Assembly (NCBI GenBank): GCA_002269645.1
Contig: NIVC01000131.1
Span: 223,881 to 287,880 of the forward strand
From: Macrostomum lignano
Taxonomy: Eukaryota
Reading direction: 5' to 3'
DNA: 64,000 bases
Shown here piece after piece: positions 1-13,100 of this stretch; positions within the stretch are counted from its first letter, which is position 1; the number at the start of each line of letters is the position of its first letter. The notes beneath the pieces are model-generated. The model saw nothing but the letters and a program-made list of their open reading frames with translations, had not been told where the DNA came from and searched no databases. A program made the translations under genes and the position numbers.

Positions 1-508
1 AGTGCGACTGCGGTTTGGGCAGGCGGGCCATTTTCGATACTCTTTAGCTTTATAGCGGAGTGGGAGAAACGGGGAAGAGGAGAGAGGGGGGAGGGGAGGG
101 GCTGGGAGAAGCCGAGGGGATTAAGAGCGGGATCCAGCGGGCGATAGGGTAGAGGAGGCTTCACCAACTTATGCTACCTGCCCAGCAGTTGCAGCAGGTC
201 TGGCGGGATGCCGCCGCTAAGCTGCCTCTTCCGCACGGCTGTTTAGGGGAGTTAAAAGGGGGTTGGGGTGTGTGGGGAGTGTTTTCCCAGCGCCACGCGA
301 GACTGAATGTGTTTTTTTACAACAAGCGAATCAGCAGCGCTTGTAGCAGCAGCTGGCAGAGACATTGCAGAGAGAGAGTTGGAGAATTTTGGCGAGGGAC
401 TTCCAGTGTAGCTACATGTGTAAAGCCTTCGGGCATAGAGTCCTGGACAGAGTGAGAGTCTGGAGCACACTGCTCACGCTTCGTCTACATGTACTCTTTC
501 ACGCGGGG

Positions 509-1015
509 CGATTTCACAAGCTTTTATAAACTGGATTTCAAAAACCGCTATAAACTGGAACTCACAAGCCACTATAAACAGGATTTCAAAAACCGCTATA
601 AACTGGAACTCACAAGCCACTATAAACAGGATTTCACAAACCGCTATAAACTGGAACTCACAAGCCACTATAAACAGGATTTCACAAACCGCTATAAACT
701 GGAACTCACAAGCCACTATAAACAGGATTTCACAAACCGCTATAAACTGGAACTCACAAGCCACTATAAACAGGATTTCACAAACCGCTATAAACTGGAA
801 CTCACAAGCCACTATAAACAGGATTTCACAAACCGCTATAAACAGGATTTCACAAACCGCTATAAACTGGATTTCACAAACCACTATAAAGTGGATTTCA
901 CAAGCCACTATAAACTGGATTTCACAAACCGCTATAAACTGGATTTCACAAACCGCTATAAACTGGATTTCACAAACCACTATAAAGTGGATTTCACAAA
1001 CCATTTTAAACTGGG
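509..1015. repeat. Minisatellite, 24-bp monomer with 48-bp dimer (AACCGCTATAAACTGGAACTCACA / AGCCACTATAAACAGGATTTCACA)
   Basis: Two alternating 24-mers read directly; they explain ORFs 474..1004 and 489..1346. Confidence 0.95.
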
Positions 1016-2054
1016 TTTATGGCACCAATGGATTACACGTATGCTACATGCTATCGCAGCCAAGCAGACACAGGAAACAGCGCCAGCACGCAAGGCTGAC
1101 GCTGTGCAAACAAAAGAATCTCCACTCGGTTACTTCGCACTCAAAGCCCCTCCAGACTGCATCTGCAGAGCTCAACTCGGGAGTGGATTACGAGGCCTCC
1201 CAGCAGCAGATTATAAGCTACATCATCGGAGAGGAGACTGGCAGGACAGGCGGGTGAGAGGGCGGGGAGAATTCCCCCACAGAATCAATAATAGAAAGCA
1301 GGCTGAAGGGTATTGGGAAGGGCGAAGGGCAAACACAGCGGGATAGCGGCGCTGGGGAGCAAACACGATCGACTAGGCGGTCTCTTCAATGATTTCTCTA
1401 GATGGATCCCCAGGCTGGCATGCAAGGAGCGATGGAGCGCAGAAACCTGTCCAGAATCCCAGCCCAAGCTCAGCGTTCATTTTCATCCCCTCTCAGCTAT
1501 ATGCATCAGCTATTTTTACGCAACTCCAGCATTTGCCTCCACCAGCGCCGGCCGGGGATAATTGAAAATTGATCCCCTACCCCGAGCGCCCCCCGGCCAG
1601 CATCCCAATTAAAGTGGCATAGCGGCATCGATTAGTATATCTAATATTATATTAGAAATAAAGGGGAAGAAAGCGAACGAGGATGGAATATTCCGGCTCT
1701 CCGTCAAAGAGGAGCAGCGCTGCACGCAGATGCGCGGACACGAATCCTAATCCCGGGCGAAGGGGAAGATGGGATATAATTCTAACTGACCCCAAATCTT
1801 TAGCCCAGCAGGGCTGGGAAGTTCGATTAAATAATATGCATAAAATCCAGCAGTCAGGCTGGCTCAGTCTATATATTTATACTGCATAGGCAGAGTTGTG
1901 CATTCCGCGGTTCCCTCAAGTCCTGCTGTTATTAATATTAATAATAATTGGATTGGGAACTCGTGCCGACTGTGACTGTCAGAAAATTGGAAGTCAGGCT
2001 CTGATTAAAATAACTTGAATTATGTGTACAATTCGTGGTATGGACGGGTTCGGG

Positions 2055-2740
2055 TGTGGGGCAGAGCCCACACTGGGGTGTTGGGGCAGAGCCCATACTG
2101 GGGTGTTAGGGCAGAGCCCACACTGGGGTGTTGGGACAGAGCCCACACTGGGGTGTTGGGACAGAGCCCACACTGGGGTGTTGGGGCAGAGACCACTCTG
2201 AGGTGTTAGGGCAGAGAGACCACACTGGGGTGTTGGGGCAGAGCCCACACTGGGGTGTTGGGGCAGAGCCCACACTGGGGTGTTGGGGCAGAACCCACAC
2301 TGGGGTGTTGGGGCAGAGCCCACACTGGGGTTGGGGCAGAGCCCACACTGGGGTGTTGGGGCAGAACCCACACTGGGGTGTTGGGGCAGAGCCCACACTG
2401 GGGTTGGGGCAGAGCCCACACTGGGGTGTTGGGGCAGAGCCCACACTGGGGTGTTGGGGCAGAGCCCACACTGGGGTTGGGGCAGAGCCCACACTGGGGT
2501 GTTGGGGCAGAGCCCACACTGGGGTTGGGGCAGAGCCCACACTGGGGTGTTGGGGCAGAGCCCACACTGGGGTTGGGGCAGAGCCCACACTGGGGTGTTG
2601 GGGCAGAGCCCACACTGGGGTGTTGGGGCAGAGCCCACACTGGGGTGTTGGGGCAGAGCCCACACTGGGGTGTTGGGGCAGAACCCACACTGGGGTGTTG
2701 GGGCAGAGCCCACACTGGGGTGTTGGGGCAGAGCCCACAC
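2055..2740. repeat. G-rich minisatellite, 25-bp unit GGGGCAGAGCCCACACTGGGGTGTT with 23-bp variants
   Basis: Direct tandem repetition, with GGGG runs in every unit. Confidence 0.95.
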
Positions 2741-3464
2741 ATCAATCAATTAATCAATCAATCATTCAAGAATCTCGTTAATCAGTCGATCAATCAATCA
2801 ATCGATACTAGTTAACTGCTCAATTGCCTAATCAAGGGAATCCCTTGAATGATAAATAAACTAACCAATGGCCAGATTCCTTGACAAACCTTGCACTTAT
2901 CTTATTTAAAACGTTCTGAGTAAAATACATCTATAAATAATAGACTAAACGTAGTAAAAATATTTTATTCACCAAGCAAAATGAATACAGATCAAACAAT
3001 TCATTGTTTTGCTAGTCAATGAGGCACACAACTTGATACCCCCACTATAAGGTGTGGAAACCACGTAAATGAGCTGGTAGGTATTTATATTTCATTAGAA
3101 AATGAATAGAAAGCAATTAGAGCCAACAATCGAAAATCATTTTTCACTCGGCAAAAGCATAGATAGAAAGAAAAAAGATACGCCAAACAGACTACTAGTA
3201 GACAGAATCATACACACAAAAACAAACATATATTTAAATGAGAATTCTAGAATAAAATCTATGAATACTATATATTACGCTACTGAAAATAAAATTGTGT
3301 ACAAATCTTCAAGTAGTCACAATTTGAATAATACATTTCAGTCAAGAAACAGTGCACTGGAATGTCATCGAAGCTGTTTAATGCTAATGTACAAAACGTA
3401 CTTAATGTACTTACAGTCCGAGTCGCAAGCTCGTATAAAACATTTCTATTAGAGCTAAACCCTC

Positions 3465-4390
3465 CCTTTGTATGATCAATCGAAGAATGACCGACAATAT
3501 CCCTTTGTGACCAATTGAAGAATGACCGACACTGTCTCTTTATGACCAATTGAAGAATGGCAGACATTGTCCCTTTATGATTAATTGAAGAATGACCAAC
3601 ACTCCTTTTATGATTGATTGAAGAATGACCGACACACCGCTTTTATGACCAAATGAAGAATGACCGACACTGTCCCTTTATGATTAATTGAAGGACCGAC
3701 ACTCCCTTTATGACCAATTGAAGAAGGACCAACACTCCCTTTATGACCAAATGAAGAATGACCGACACTGTCCCTTTATGATTAATTGAAGAACGACCGA
3801 CACTGTCCATTTATGATTAATTGAAGAATAACCAACACTGTTCTTTTATGATTAATTGAAGAATGACCGACACTGTATCTTTATGATTAATTGAAGAATG
3901 ACCAACACTGTTCTTTTATGATTAATTGAAGAATGACCAACACTGTCCTTTTATGATTAATTGAAGGACCGACACTCCCTTTATGACCAATTGAAGAAGG
4001 ACCAACACTCCCTTTATGACCAAATGAAGAATGACCGACACTGTCCATTTATGATTAATTGAAGAATGACCAACACTGTCCCTTTATGATTAATTGAAGA
4101 ATGACCAACACTGTCCCTTTATGATTAATTGAAGAATGACCAACACTGTCCCTTTATGATTAATTGAAGAATGACCAACACTGTCACTTTATGATTAATT
4201 GAAGAATGACCAACACTGTCCTTTTATGATTAATTGAAGGACCGACACTCCCTTTATGACCAATTGAAGAAGGACCAACACTCCCTTTATGACCAATTGA
4301 AGAATGACCGACATTTGTCCTTTTATGAACAATTGAAGAATGACCGACAGACACCCTTTATGACCAATCAAGGAATGACCAACATTCCTT
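3465..4390. repeat. Minisatellite, ~35-bp unit TTTATGATTAATTGAAGAATGACCAACACTGTCCC
   Basis: Period 35 (e.g. 4081 and 4116), with shorter variants. Confidence 0.93.
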
Positions 4391-4422
4391 TAGATGAAAC
4401 AGTCTGGCAAGCTTCAAGTGCT

Positions 4423-4962
4423 TCACGTGAGGACAAGCAGAGCCAGTAGCAGCCAGAAGGCATTGCATGGCACCAGAAGAAGCGTAATGACAATGAAGGT
4501 CAGCCGTTTAACCCGGTGACAGCACAGCAGCATGCCAATCAAAGTGCCAATCGCGCCGCCAAAAAATGACAGCAGATGCAGCGAGGCGTCGCCAACTCGA
4601 TAGGAAGAACGTCGCCGAGGCTGAGCGGCGAATTTCAAGCAGCGATCGATGGCAACAGCGGCCAGGCTGGCGGCAGAGTGGCCACCGAAGTAGCCCAGCA
4701 ATACACAGGCCTTGCCGTGCTGGCTCAGCCACGCAGTCTTGTACACCAGAGCTGCCGACGTGAAACTCAACAGGCACAGGGCTAGCAGGGAGCACAGCTG
4801 CCAGAATTTGGGGAAACATCGGTGCGAATCTTCATCCTGCTCAGTTTCATCTGGCCATTGCAGCCGGCCGTTGCGACCCACGATCAGCGTGCCAACGTCT
4901 GTCTGCTGTTGGGTTACCGCGTCGCTGCCGTTGCTTAGCAACTGCTGAGTCGATTGCGACGA
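4423..4962 (-). CDS. DUF1294/YsdA-like small membrane protein, 3' exon (5' exon not located)
   Basis: SLAAVAIDRCLKFAAQPRRRSSYRVGDASLHLLSFFGGAIGTLIGMLLCCHRVKRLTF follows the DUF1294 pattern (..DK..A....WRIPE..L..L...GG..G...GM...RHKT.K..F). The ORF starts at TTG 4941. A candidate acceptor CTCTGCAG| precedes 4962 in frame. Confidence 0.7.
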   Translation of the reverse strand, partial: SSQSTQQLLSNGSDAVTQQQTDVGTLIVGRNGRLQWPDETEQDEDSHRCFPKFWQLCSLLALCLLSFTSAALVYKTAWLSQHGKACVLLGYFGGHSAASLAAVAIDRCLKFAAQPRRRSSYRVGDASLHLLSFFGGAIGTLIGMLLCCHRVKRLTFIVITLLLVPCNAFWLLLALLVLT

Positions 4963-4989
4963 CTGCAGAGGTAGATGAGGAATAGAATA

Positions 4990-5385
4990 GGGTCACTGGT
5001 GGCCAGGCTGCAGACACACTGTGGGGTCACTGGTGTCCAGGCTGCAAACACACTGTGGGTCACTGGTGGCCAGGCTGCAGACACACTGTGGGGTCACTGG
5101 TGTCCAGGCTGCAAACACACTGTGGGTCACTGGTGGCCAGGCTGCAGACACACTGTGGGGTCACTGGTGTCCAGGCTGCAAACACACTGTGGGTCACTGG
5201 TGGCCAGGCTGCAGACACACTGTGGGGTCACTGGTGGCCAGGCTGCAGACACACTGTGGGTCACTGGTTGCCAGGCTGCAGACACACTGTGGGTCACTGG
5301 TGGCCAGGCTGCAGACACACTGTGGGTCCCTGGTGGCCAGGCTGCAGACACAGTGGGGTCACTGGTGGCCAGGCTGCAGACGCTA
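4990..5385. repeat. Minisatellite, 33/34-bp unit GGGTCACTGGTGGCCAGGCTGCAGACACACTGT
   Basis: Direct repetition just upstream of the DUF1294 acceptor, so probably intronic. Confidence 0.93.
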
Positions 5386-5896
5386 AATTAGCAAAAAAAT
5401 AACAACAAAATTTTGTTTCCAAAGTATCGAAATGAAGCCGATGCAGATGTAATAGTATAATTAGCTGGTCTAAAACAAGAACGTGAGCTGCGTTAGTCTC
5501 GTGTTGAGAGCAGGCAGCCGACAAGATTCAGCTGACGGTATGTGGCATTATTATTATTTAGTATTATTGCAGAAAGGCGGGGCGCGGGGCTGCTGGGCAA
5601 GGGGAGATAGGTTTGTAAAAGACAATAACTAACTGTAATAGACAAGATGGACGCTACTACTAGACATTCTGCATAATGTAAGCATAAGAGATTACACGAA
5701 ATATACATCACTGAATATTTTTAGCTAAGAAGCAGTTCAGTAGTATAGTAAGCAAAGCGCAATGGATAAGCCTCAGACTGTAAATGTGCATAATTTAAGT
5801 GCCATCTGCTGACTGCTAGCGTACTTGGGACCTGCTGGCACTTCAAAGATCTTCTGGCGACATTAAGATTTTACTGACACTTATAGGATCTGTCTC

Positions 5897-6358
5897 AATG
5901 ATCATCTGACAGTCCCAAGGATCATCTGACAGTCCCAATGATCATCTGACAATCCCAATGATCATCTGACACTCCCAATGATCATCTGACAGTCCCAAAA
6001 ATCATCTGACAGTCCCAAGGATCATCTGAAAGTCCCAAGGATCATCTGAAAGAGTCCCAATGATCATCTGAAAGTCCCAAGGATCATCTGAAAGAGTCCC
6101 AATGATCATCTGAAAGTCCCAAGGATCATCTGACAGTCCCAAGGATCATCTGACAGTCCCAAGGATCATCTGACAGTCCCAAGGATCATCTAACAGTCCC
6201 AAGGATCATCTGACAGTCCCAAGGACCATCTAACAGTCCCAAGGATCATCTGACAGTCCCAAGGATCATCTAACAGTCCCAAGGATAATCTGACAGTCCC
6301 AAGGATCATCTGACAGTCCCAAGGATCATCTGAAAGAGTCCCAATGATCATCTGACAG
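5897..6358. repeat. Minisatellite, 20-bp unit GATCATCTGACAGTCCCAAG
   Basis: Direct repetition with occasional 22-bp variants. Confidence 0.95.
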
Positions 6359-7549
6359 CCTTGCCACCCACTTAATCGGTAACACTACAGGCTGCATTGC
6401 ATTGCAACTGCACGCATTAGTATAAATATATTATTTAAAAAGAACCCGGCCAACTGGGCATTGATGAAATTAAAAAATATATAAAATAACCAATTTGGAA
6501 TACGACCTAAATAAAAAACGTAACATGCAATTTAATACTTTTAAAAGCAATGCATACATATTGAAAAAGACTGGTCTTGCACAAAACTAATATACAAGAA
6601 AGTACAATCTAATTAAAAAAATAAGTGGCATAGATAATTTTTGCATAGTTGTCAGAGATCTTAAATAATGTTAACCGAAATCTGTTTAAACAGAAAAGTA
6701 CAGACATAAGTCAGTCAGAAGTAACAATACACACAAATTAGTCATGACAGACTGGAATATGGGGCAATATATATGGGGAGATCAACTAGGAAAGCACGGA
6801 ACAGGTGTCGCATACGCGCACGGAGATTGATGGGTTGATTGTACACTTGTGCGTAGGTGAGGCAAGTTGTAGTAACGCCTACTTTAAGTAGCTTGTTGCG
6901 TTTAAAAGAAGCATGGAACTGAGTTTATATAAAGTATCGAGTAATGTATTTCAATAGAAGAAGCACTGGCCGTTAATTTAGTGGTTAGGGTTATCCATAT
7001 CGCAATACATCTCAGGAAACAGTTCAGATATCAATACTGATTAGGTATAAGTGAAATTGTTTATTTATCTGGATAACAAAACAAATTGCAAGGACCAGTG
7101 GCGTGGAGAAAGCAGAAAAATCTACATTTTTGACAACGATTATAATATATTCTACTATACTGCATGTATAAGTAGTATGAAACAGAAATAGTTATCTACG
7201 CTTTTTTGGAAAAGTAGTGGAAACAATTTTAACAGAAATCCGGGGCTAATCCAGCCGTATTAAGACAAAGGAATGAATTCCTGGACTGAAAACAAAACAT
7301 TATTATATGTAAGAAGCTTTAGCAATTAATAAGTGAACACTGCCATCATTATGTAATTCATTCATTCGTCTAGCGGCTATCTGTAAACGCATCGGCGACT
7401 AATAACAGACCAAAACACCACTGCGCAACAAAGGAGAGCAGAGAGAGAGAGAGAGAGAGAATCTACTTAATATTTCATTATTCTACAAATTAAATCAGCT
7501 AATATACATGTAAGACTGAATGAGAGATACTGATCTCCTAGATAAAGGA

Positions 7550-8344
7550 GGGAAGGAGATGGAGGGAGAGGGAAGAGAGAAAAAGGACGGGAGGAGAGGG
7601 AAGAGAAAGCGAGGAAAAGAGAGGAAGTAGGGGAGGAGAGAGGAAGCGAGGGAAGAGAGAGGAAGGAGGGGAGGAGAGGGGAGGAGAAGGGAGAGAGAGA
7701 GGAAAGGTAAGGAGAGGATAGGAGAGGGGAGAGGAAGAGAGGAAAGGTAAGGAGAGGGGAGGAGAGGGGAGAGAGAGAGGAAAGGTAAGGAGAGGGGAGG
7801 AGAGGGAGAGAGGTAAGGAGAGGGGAGGAGAGGGGAGAGAGAGAGGAAAGGTAAGGAGAGGGGAGGAGAGGGGAGGAGAAGGGAGAGAGAGAGGAAAGGT
7901 AAGGAGAGGATAGGAGAGGGGAGAGGAAGAGAGGAAAGGTAAGGAGAGGGGAGGAGAGGGGAGAGAGAGAGGAAAGGTAAGGAGAGGATAGGAGAGGGGA
8001 GAGGAAGAGAGGAAAGGTAAGGAGAGGGGAGGAGAGGGGAGAGAGAGAGGAAGGTAAGGAGAGGGGAGGAGAGGGGAGAGAGAGAGGAAAGGTAAGGAGA
8101 GGGGAGGAGAGGGGAGAGAGAGAGGAAAGGTAAGGAGAGGGGAGGAGAGGGGAGAGAGAGAGGAAAGGTAAGGAGAGGGGAGGAGAGGGGAGAGAGAGAG
8201 GAAAGGTAAGGAGAGGATAGGAGAGGGGAGAGGAAGAGAGGAAAGGTAAGGAGAGGGGAGGAGAGGGGAGAGAGAGAGGAAAGGTAAGGAGAGGGGAGGA
8301 GAGGGGAGAGAGAGAGGAAAGGTAAGGAGAGGGGAGGAGAGGGG
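7550..8344. repeat. Polypurine (GA-rich) compound repeat, e.g. GAGAGGAAAGGTAAGGAGAGGGGAGGAGAGGG
   Basis: Almost purine-only + strand for ~800 bp; source of the L/S/P-rich ORF 7467..8420. Confidence 0.93.
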
Positions 8345-8452
8345 ATGCTATGACAGCAAGTGAAGCAACTGTTGCCAACTCCACATTAACCGCAGCAAGG
8401 AAAGCAAAACACAGAACCACGCGGTGCCCCCTCCAAGTCGCTATGTCAGTCG

Positions 8453-9130
8453 CTAGAACTCGTCATCGAGCTCGGAGCCGTCCTGCGGTCGCAGCCACTC
8501 CTTGGGAATGGCCCGTTCAATGAATGGCACAGTAGTGCTGACCGTGGCCAACCTGTTAACCCACTTGGGCAGCGAGGAATTGCAGATAATAGCCAGCATG
8601 TTATTGGAGAAGTGATTGCAATTCTGTCTAGTCAGGTGATAATCCTTGCCGGTGAATTTCTGCCCGAGATTAACCATGACCTCGTCGATTTCATCCTGCG
8701 ACAGGTGGGTGCAGCCCAGCGGTATGCTGGTTTTCAATTTGAAATTCTCGCCAAGCTCTTCGGCGTTCTGCGGCGCGATGGTGAATATACCGGAGGTTTC
8801 CGACGGGTGCCCGCCGTAGGTGTACTCTCGATTGTACACCTGTACGCCTGAGTGATAGATGCCGACTCCGAGGTTGTTGGTATAGCCGTTTGTCCAGTAC
8901 TGCGAGTTCGGTTTTTGGATACTCGTATAAATCAGTTAAATTTAAATTTGTGTACATTTATACACTGATTGGGGTGCTGCATGGAAGGGCAACTCTCTGG
9001 AGATTGAGGAACTTACCATATCGTAAACGTTGACAATAACGGGCTCATTAATGTCAAAGGTCATGGAGGTTCCTTCAGCTCCATCCCGGCTGCCCAGCTT
9101 CTTCAGCTTTTCCACTATATTTTGCAGCAT
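8453..9130 (-). CDS. DESI2: Desumoylating isopeptidase 2 (PPPDE peptidase), 2 coding exons, 186 aa
   Basis: Exons 9130-9017 (..VIVNVYDM|GTAAGT) and 8899-8453 (CTCGCAG|YWTNGY..) join in frame. Catalytic motifs YHSG and NCNHF are present, as are YGGHP and LPKWVNRLA. Confidence 0.93.
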
Positions 9131-9299
9131 GCATGCAAGGATTGTGGTGTGCGCGTATCAAGTTTGTTGTACAGAAAACTTTATTTAACCAAATTAGATG
9201 ATTCATTAAAAGTTGACAGCTTAGTACGTTTCTGAGTAATAATATGAGAAAAAGTTTGCTGTTACAATGGGGTCAGGTAAGAAGCTAGTCTGGAGTTTT

Positions 9300-9670
9300 C
9301 ATCGGGGTAGGAAGTTGGCAGGGAGAGAGTGTACTTTGGGGGTGGGAAGTTGGCAGGGAGAGAGTGTACATTGGGATAGGAAGTTGGCAGGGAGAGTGTA
9401 CATTGGGATAGGAAGTTGGCAGGGAGAGTGTACATTTGGGGTAGGAATTTGGCAGGTAGAGTGTACCAATTGGGGTAGGAGGTTGGCAGGGAGAGAGTGT
9501 ACATTGGGATAGGAATTTGGTAGGGAGAGAGTGTACATTGCGGGGGGTAGGAAGTGGCAGGGAGAGAGTGTACATTGGGGGTAGGAAGTGGCAGGGAGAG
9601 AGTGTACATTGGGGGTAGGAATTTGGCAGGGAGAGAGTGTACAGGGGGTAGGAAGTTAGCAGGGAGTGTA
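9300..9670. repeat. G-rich minisatellite, ~31-35-bp unit GGGTAGGAAGTTGGCAGGGAGAGTGTACATTGG
   Basis: Direct repetition between a - strand donor (GTAAGC, 9706) and the DeSI2 ATG. Confidence 0.9.
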
Positions 9671-10148
9671 CAGTGGGGTTACGAAGCTGGCAGGAACGAA
9701 GCTTACGCTCGCACATTAAGTTTAGGCAGCTGGTCGAGAGTGATTGTACAACATTAGGATTAAGGGTCTGATACAGAAAGTGTGTCAATTTGGGGTAGGA
9801 AGTTTATACTACATACGAGCGTATTGTTTAAAATAACTTGAAGTTCGATTTTTGTGCGACGTTTTAGCAACCGGGTCTTAGTTTATTTAAACGCAACAAT
9901 AACTTAAGCGAATGTGCTGACTGATTGGAAAAATACCTGTCTAGGTAGAGTCGGCATTAAGATTAGCAGCATTAAATAGAACTGGAACAGTCTATAAATG
10001 CTTACATTAACAACATGAACTATTACGGCAAAAGCGTGCACAATTGGAGACGGGAAATCGCAACAAACTCCAGTGGAAAATTGAAGCCAGCTGCGTCATA
10101 TTTACGATACTAGAAATACAGCATAAATAAAAAAGGTTCACTTCAAAG

Positions 10149-13100
10149 TTAGGATGCTGCCTGAGCCTCTTCCAGCTGACGCAGCGGCGGCATGAGCACC
10201 TGGCGCAGTCTATTAATGACGGTGCGCACCAGCTGCTGCAGTGGGGCGTCCTCTTCGCAGGTGGCCGTCAGCCGTCCGGTGTCCACCTCAACCTGACGGT
10301 TGCGCACCACCAGCTGAAAGGTCAGGCCGCTCTTCCTGGGATCCGGCCGGCCCTGCACGCTGTCCGGGCCGAACATCTCGGACAGAGTCTCCAACAGGGC
10401 GGTGCGAAACGCGGTGCTGTCTTGCCTGGCCGGGGCTGGCACGCTCTGCCAGGGCATGCCCTCCAGCTCGGCCTTCAGGATCACCGTCTGCACGGCGTCG
10501 GCAAACATGTCGCTGACCGGGTTGGACTGCCACTGAAGATGGGCAGAGTGGAGTGCTTAGCTGGGGTAGGCGCGTTATCAGTGTATAGTATAATAATTGC
10601 CGTTTTCCAGCCCATAGCAACGAAGACTGTCTTTTTATCGATCAGTATAGAAACGAATTTTGAGAGCATAGCAACAGCGCAACAGCATAGCAACAAAGTA
10701 CGGAAGCATCTCAACAGCATAGCAACAAAGTAAGGAAGCATCTCAACAGCATAGCAACAAAGTACGGAAGCATCTCAACAGCATAGCAACAAACTACGGA
10801 AGCATCCCAACAGCATAGCAACAAAGTACGGAAGCATCCCAACAGCATAGCAACAAAGTAAGGAAGCATCTCAACAGCATAGCAACAAACTACGGAAGCA
10901 TACCAACAGCCTAGCAACAAAGTACGGAAGCATCTTAACAGCATAGCAACAGCACAAAAACACAAAGCATTCAGACAATTAATAAGCCAATATTAACTCA
11001 CCTCAATTAGAACCTGGCGCGGCTCCCAGGTAACGGTGACGCACTGGAACACGCGGTAGACGTGACAATCACCCTTCTGCCTGACAGTTTCAACTGAGCC
11101 GGCCACCACAGCCAGGTGAAAGTACAATAGGCTAGGCGGCATGCTGAAATGCACAGCCATTCGCTGAGTAACCTCGCTAGTAGCCAGGTCCGTATACGTA
11201 GGCAAATCAGTCTCGTGCACCAGATGATAGCTGAAATTCTTCTTCATCAAGATGCCGGACAGAGGCTGGCCCTCAGTAGGGGCTGATTTAGCCAAACTGC
11301 CAACCACTTTGGCAGTTTTCTCGCCGCGGAAATGCAACGAGACGGATTCGCAGTTCTTGGGCGTGAAAATGTCCAGGCGGTAGTCGGGCTCGTCCTCGTA
11401 CTGGCGCAGCAGGGCGGAGCGAAGCCGCAGCATCTCGTTCTGCTCGCCGTGCACCAGAACAATGTGCGCCGGCCACAGGTCGCGAATAAACTCAGACGTC
11501 TGCTGGTAGTCCGTGTGAGCCGAGAACGATACGTAGTCTACTGAGCACTTTAGCGGCAACGTCTGGCCGGACATTGTGGTCACCTGTGGGTTGGTTGATT
11601 GGTTAGATCAGTTTGGAATTAGCTAGCTAGTAAATGTGGAGGCCATTCCGTTCAACATCTTGTGATACGAAGAAATTCCGTTCAATACCTCTGTGGGGAA
11701 TGTGGGGGGGGATTCCGTCCAATACCTCTGTGGGGAATGTGGGGGGGATTCCGTCCAATACCTCTGTAGAGAATGTGGGGAGATTCCGTCCAATACCTCT
11801 GTGGGGAATGTGGGGGGGATTCCGTCCAATACCTCTGTGGGGAATGTGGGGGGATTCCGTCCAATACCTCTGTGGGGAATGTGGGGGGGATTCCGTCTAA
11901 TACCTCTGTGGGGAATGTAGGGGAATTCCGTTCAATACCTCTGTGGGGAATATGGGGGAATTCCGTTCAATACCTCTGTGGGGAATGTGGGGGGGGATTC
12001 CGTCCAATACCTCTGTGGGGAATGTGGGGGAATTCCGTTCAATACCTCTGTGGGGAATGTGGGGGGATTCCGTTCAATACCTCTGTGGGGAATGTGGGGG
12101 AATTCCGTTTAACACCTCTGTGGGGAATGTGGGGGAATTCTGTTCAATACCTCTGAGGGGAATGTGGGGGAATTCCGTCCAATACCTCTGTGGGGAATGT
12201 GGGGGAATTCCGTCCAATACCTCTGTGGGGAATTCCGTTCAATACCTCTGTGGGGAATGTGGGGGGGATTCCGTCCAATACCTCTGTGGGGAATGTGGGG
12301 GGGGATTCCGTCCAATACCTCTGTGGGGAATGTGGGGAGATTCCGTCCAATACCTCTGTGGGGAATGTGGGGGAATTCCGTCCAATACCTCTGTGGGGAA
12401 TGTGGGGGAATTCCGTTCAATACCTCTGTGGGGAATGTGGGGGAGTTCTATCCAATATCTCTGTGGGGAATGTGGGAGAATTCTGTTTAATATCTCTGTG
12501 GGGAATGTGGGAGAATTCTGTTTAATATCTCTGTGGGGAATGTGGGAGAATTCTGTTAAGTATCTCTGTGGGGAATGTGGGGAAATTATGCTCAATATCT
12601 TTGGAGAATGTGGGAGAAATCTGTTCAATAGCTCGGCGGGGAATGTGAGGGAATTCTGTCCAATACCTCTGTGGGGAATGTGGGGGAATTCTGTCTAACA
12701 TCTCTGTGGGGAACGTGGGGGAATTCTGTTCAGTATCTGGTTAGTTTCTATCAAATAGTTGCGAGAACGTTGCCCACCTCATGCGGATGGCTGAGAATCT
12801 GCTTGGCCAGGGTGCCCTCAACGCAGTACCCGGCAATGATGACGCCATTGCGCTTGTCTGTGCACCAGTTCTCGAATAGTTCGCGAGACAGGCCGTTCTG
12901 CATCATGCCAGGCGAGGCCATGATAACGCACGGCCCGCTGTCAACATAGATGTCCACATTGCGCAAGTTGCTGATGTGCTTGAACACGAATGGATTGTTA
13001 TTGACAATTTTATTGCGCACAGATTCGTTCATAGCGTGAATATAAGTCTGATAGACTGCCATGCATTTCTTAGCCAGCTGGGACGCGTAATAGATTGGGA

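Noticed and set aside
1048-1257. Possible coding exon ending in a GTGAG donor near 1253
   Set aside because: No recognisable homology and no partner exons could be identified.
6440-6470. CCCGGCCAACTGGG hairpin as another Helitron 3' end; also TCCATATACTAAA at ~41828 as a 5' end
   Set aside because: The first has no adjacent CTRR terminus, and neither has a matching opposite end.
7467-8420. 317-aa Leu/Ser/Pro-rich ORF as a membrane or extensin-like protein
   Set aside because: It is the translation of the pyrimidine strand of a GA repeat, with no ATG start and no domain.
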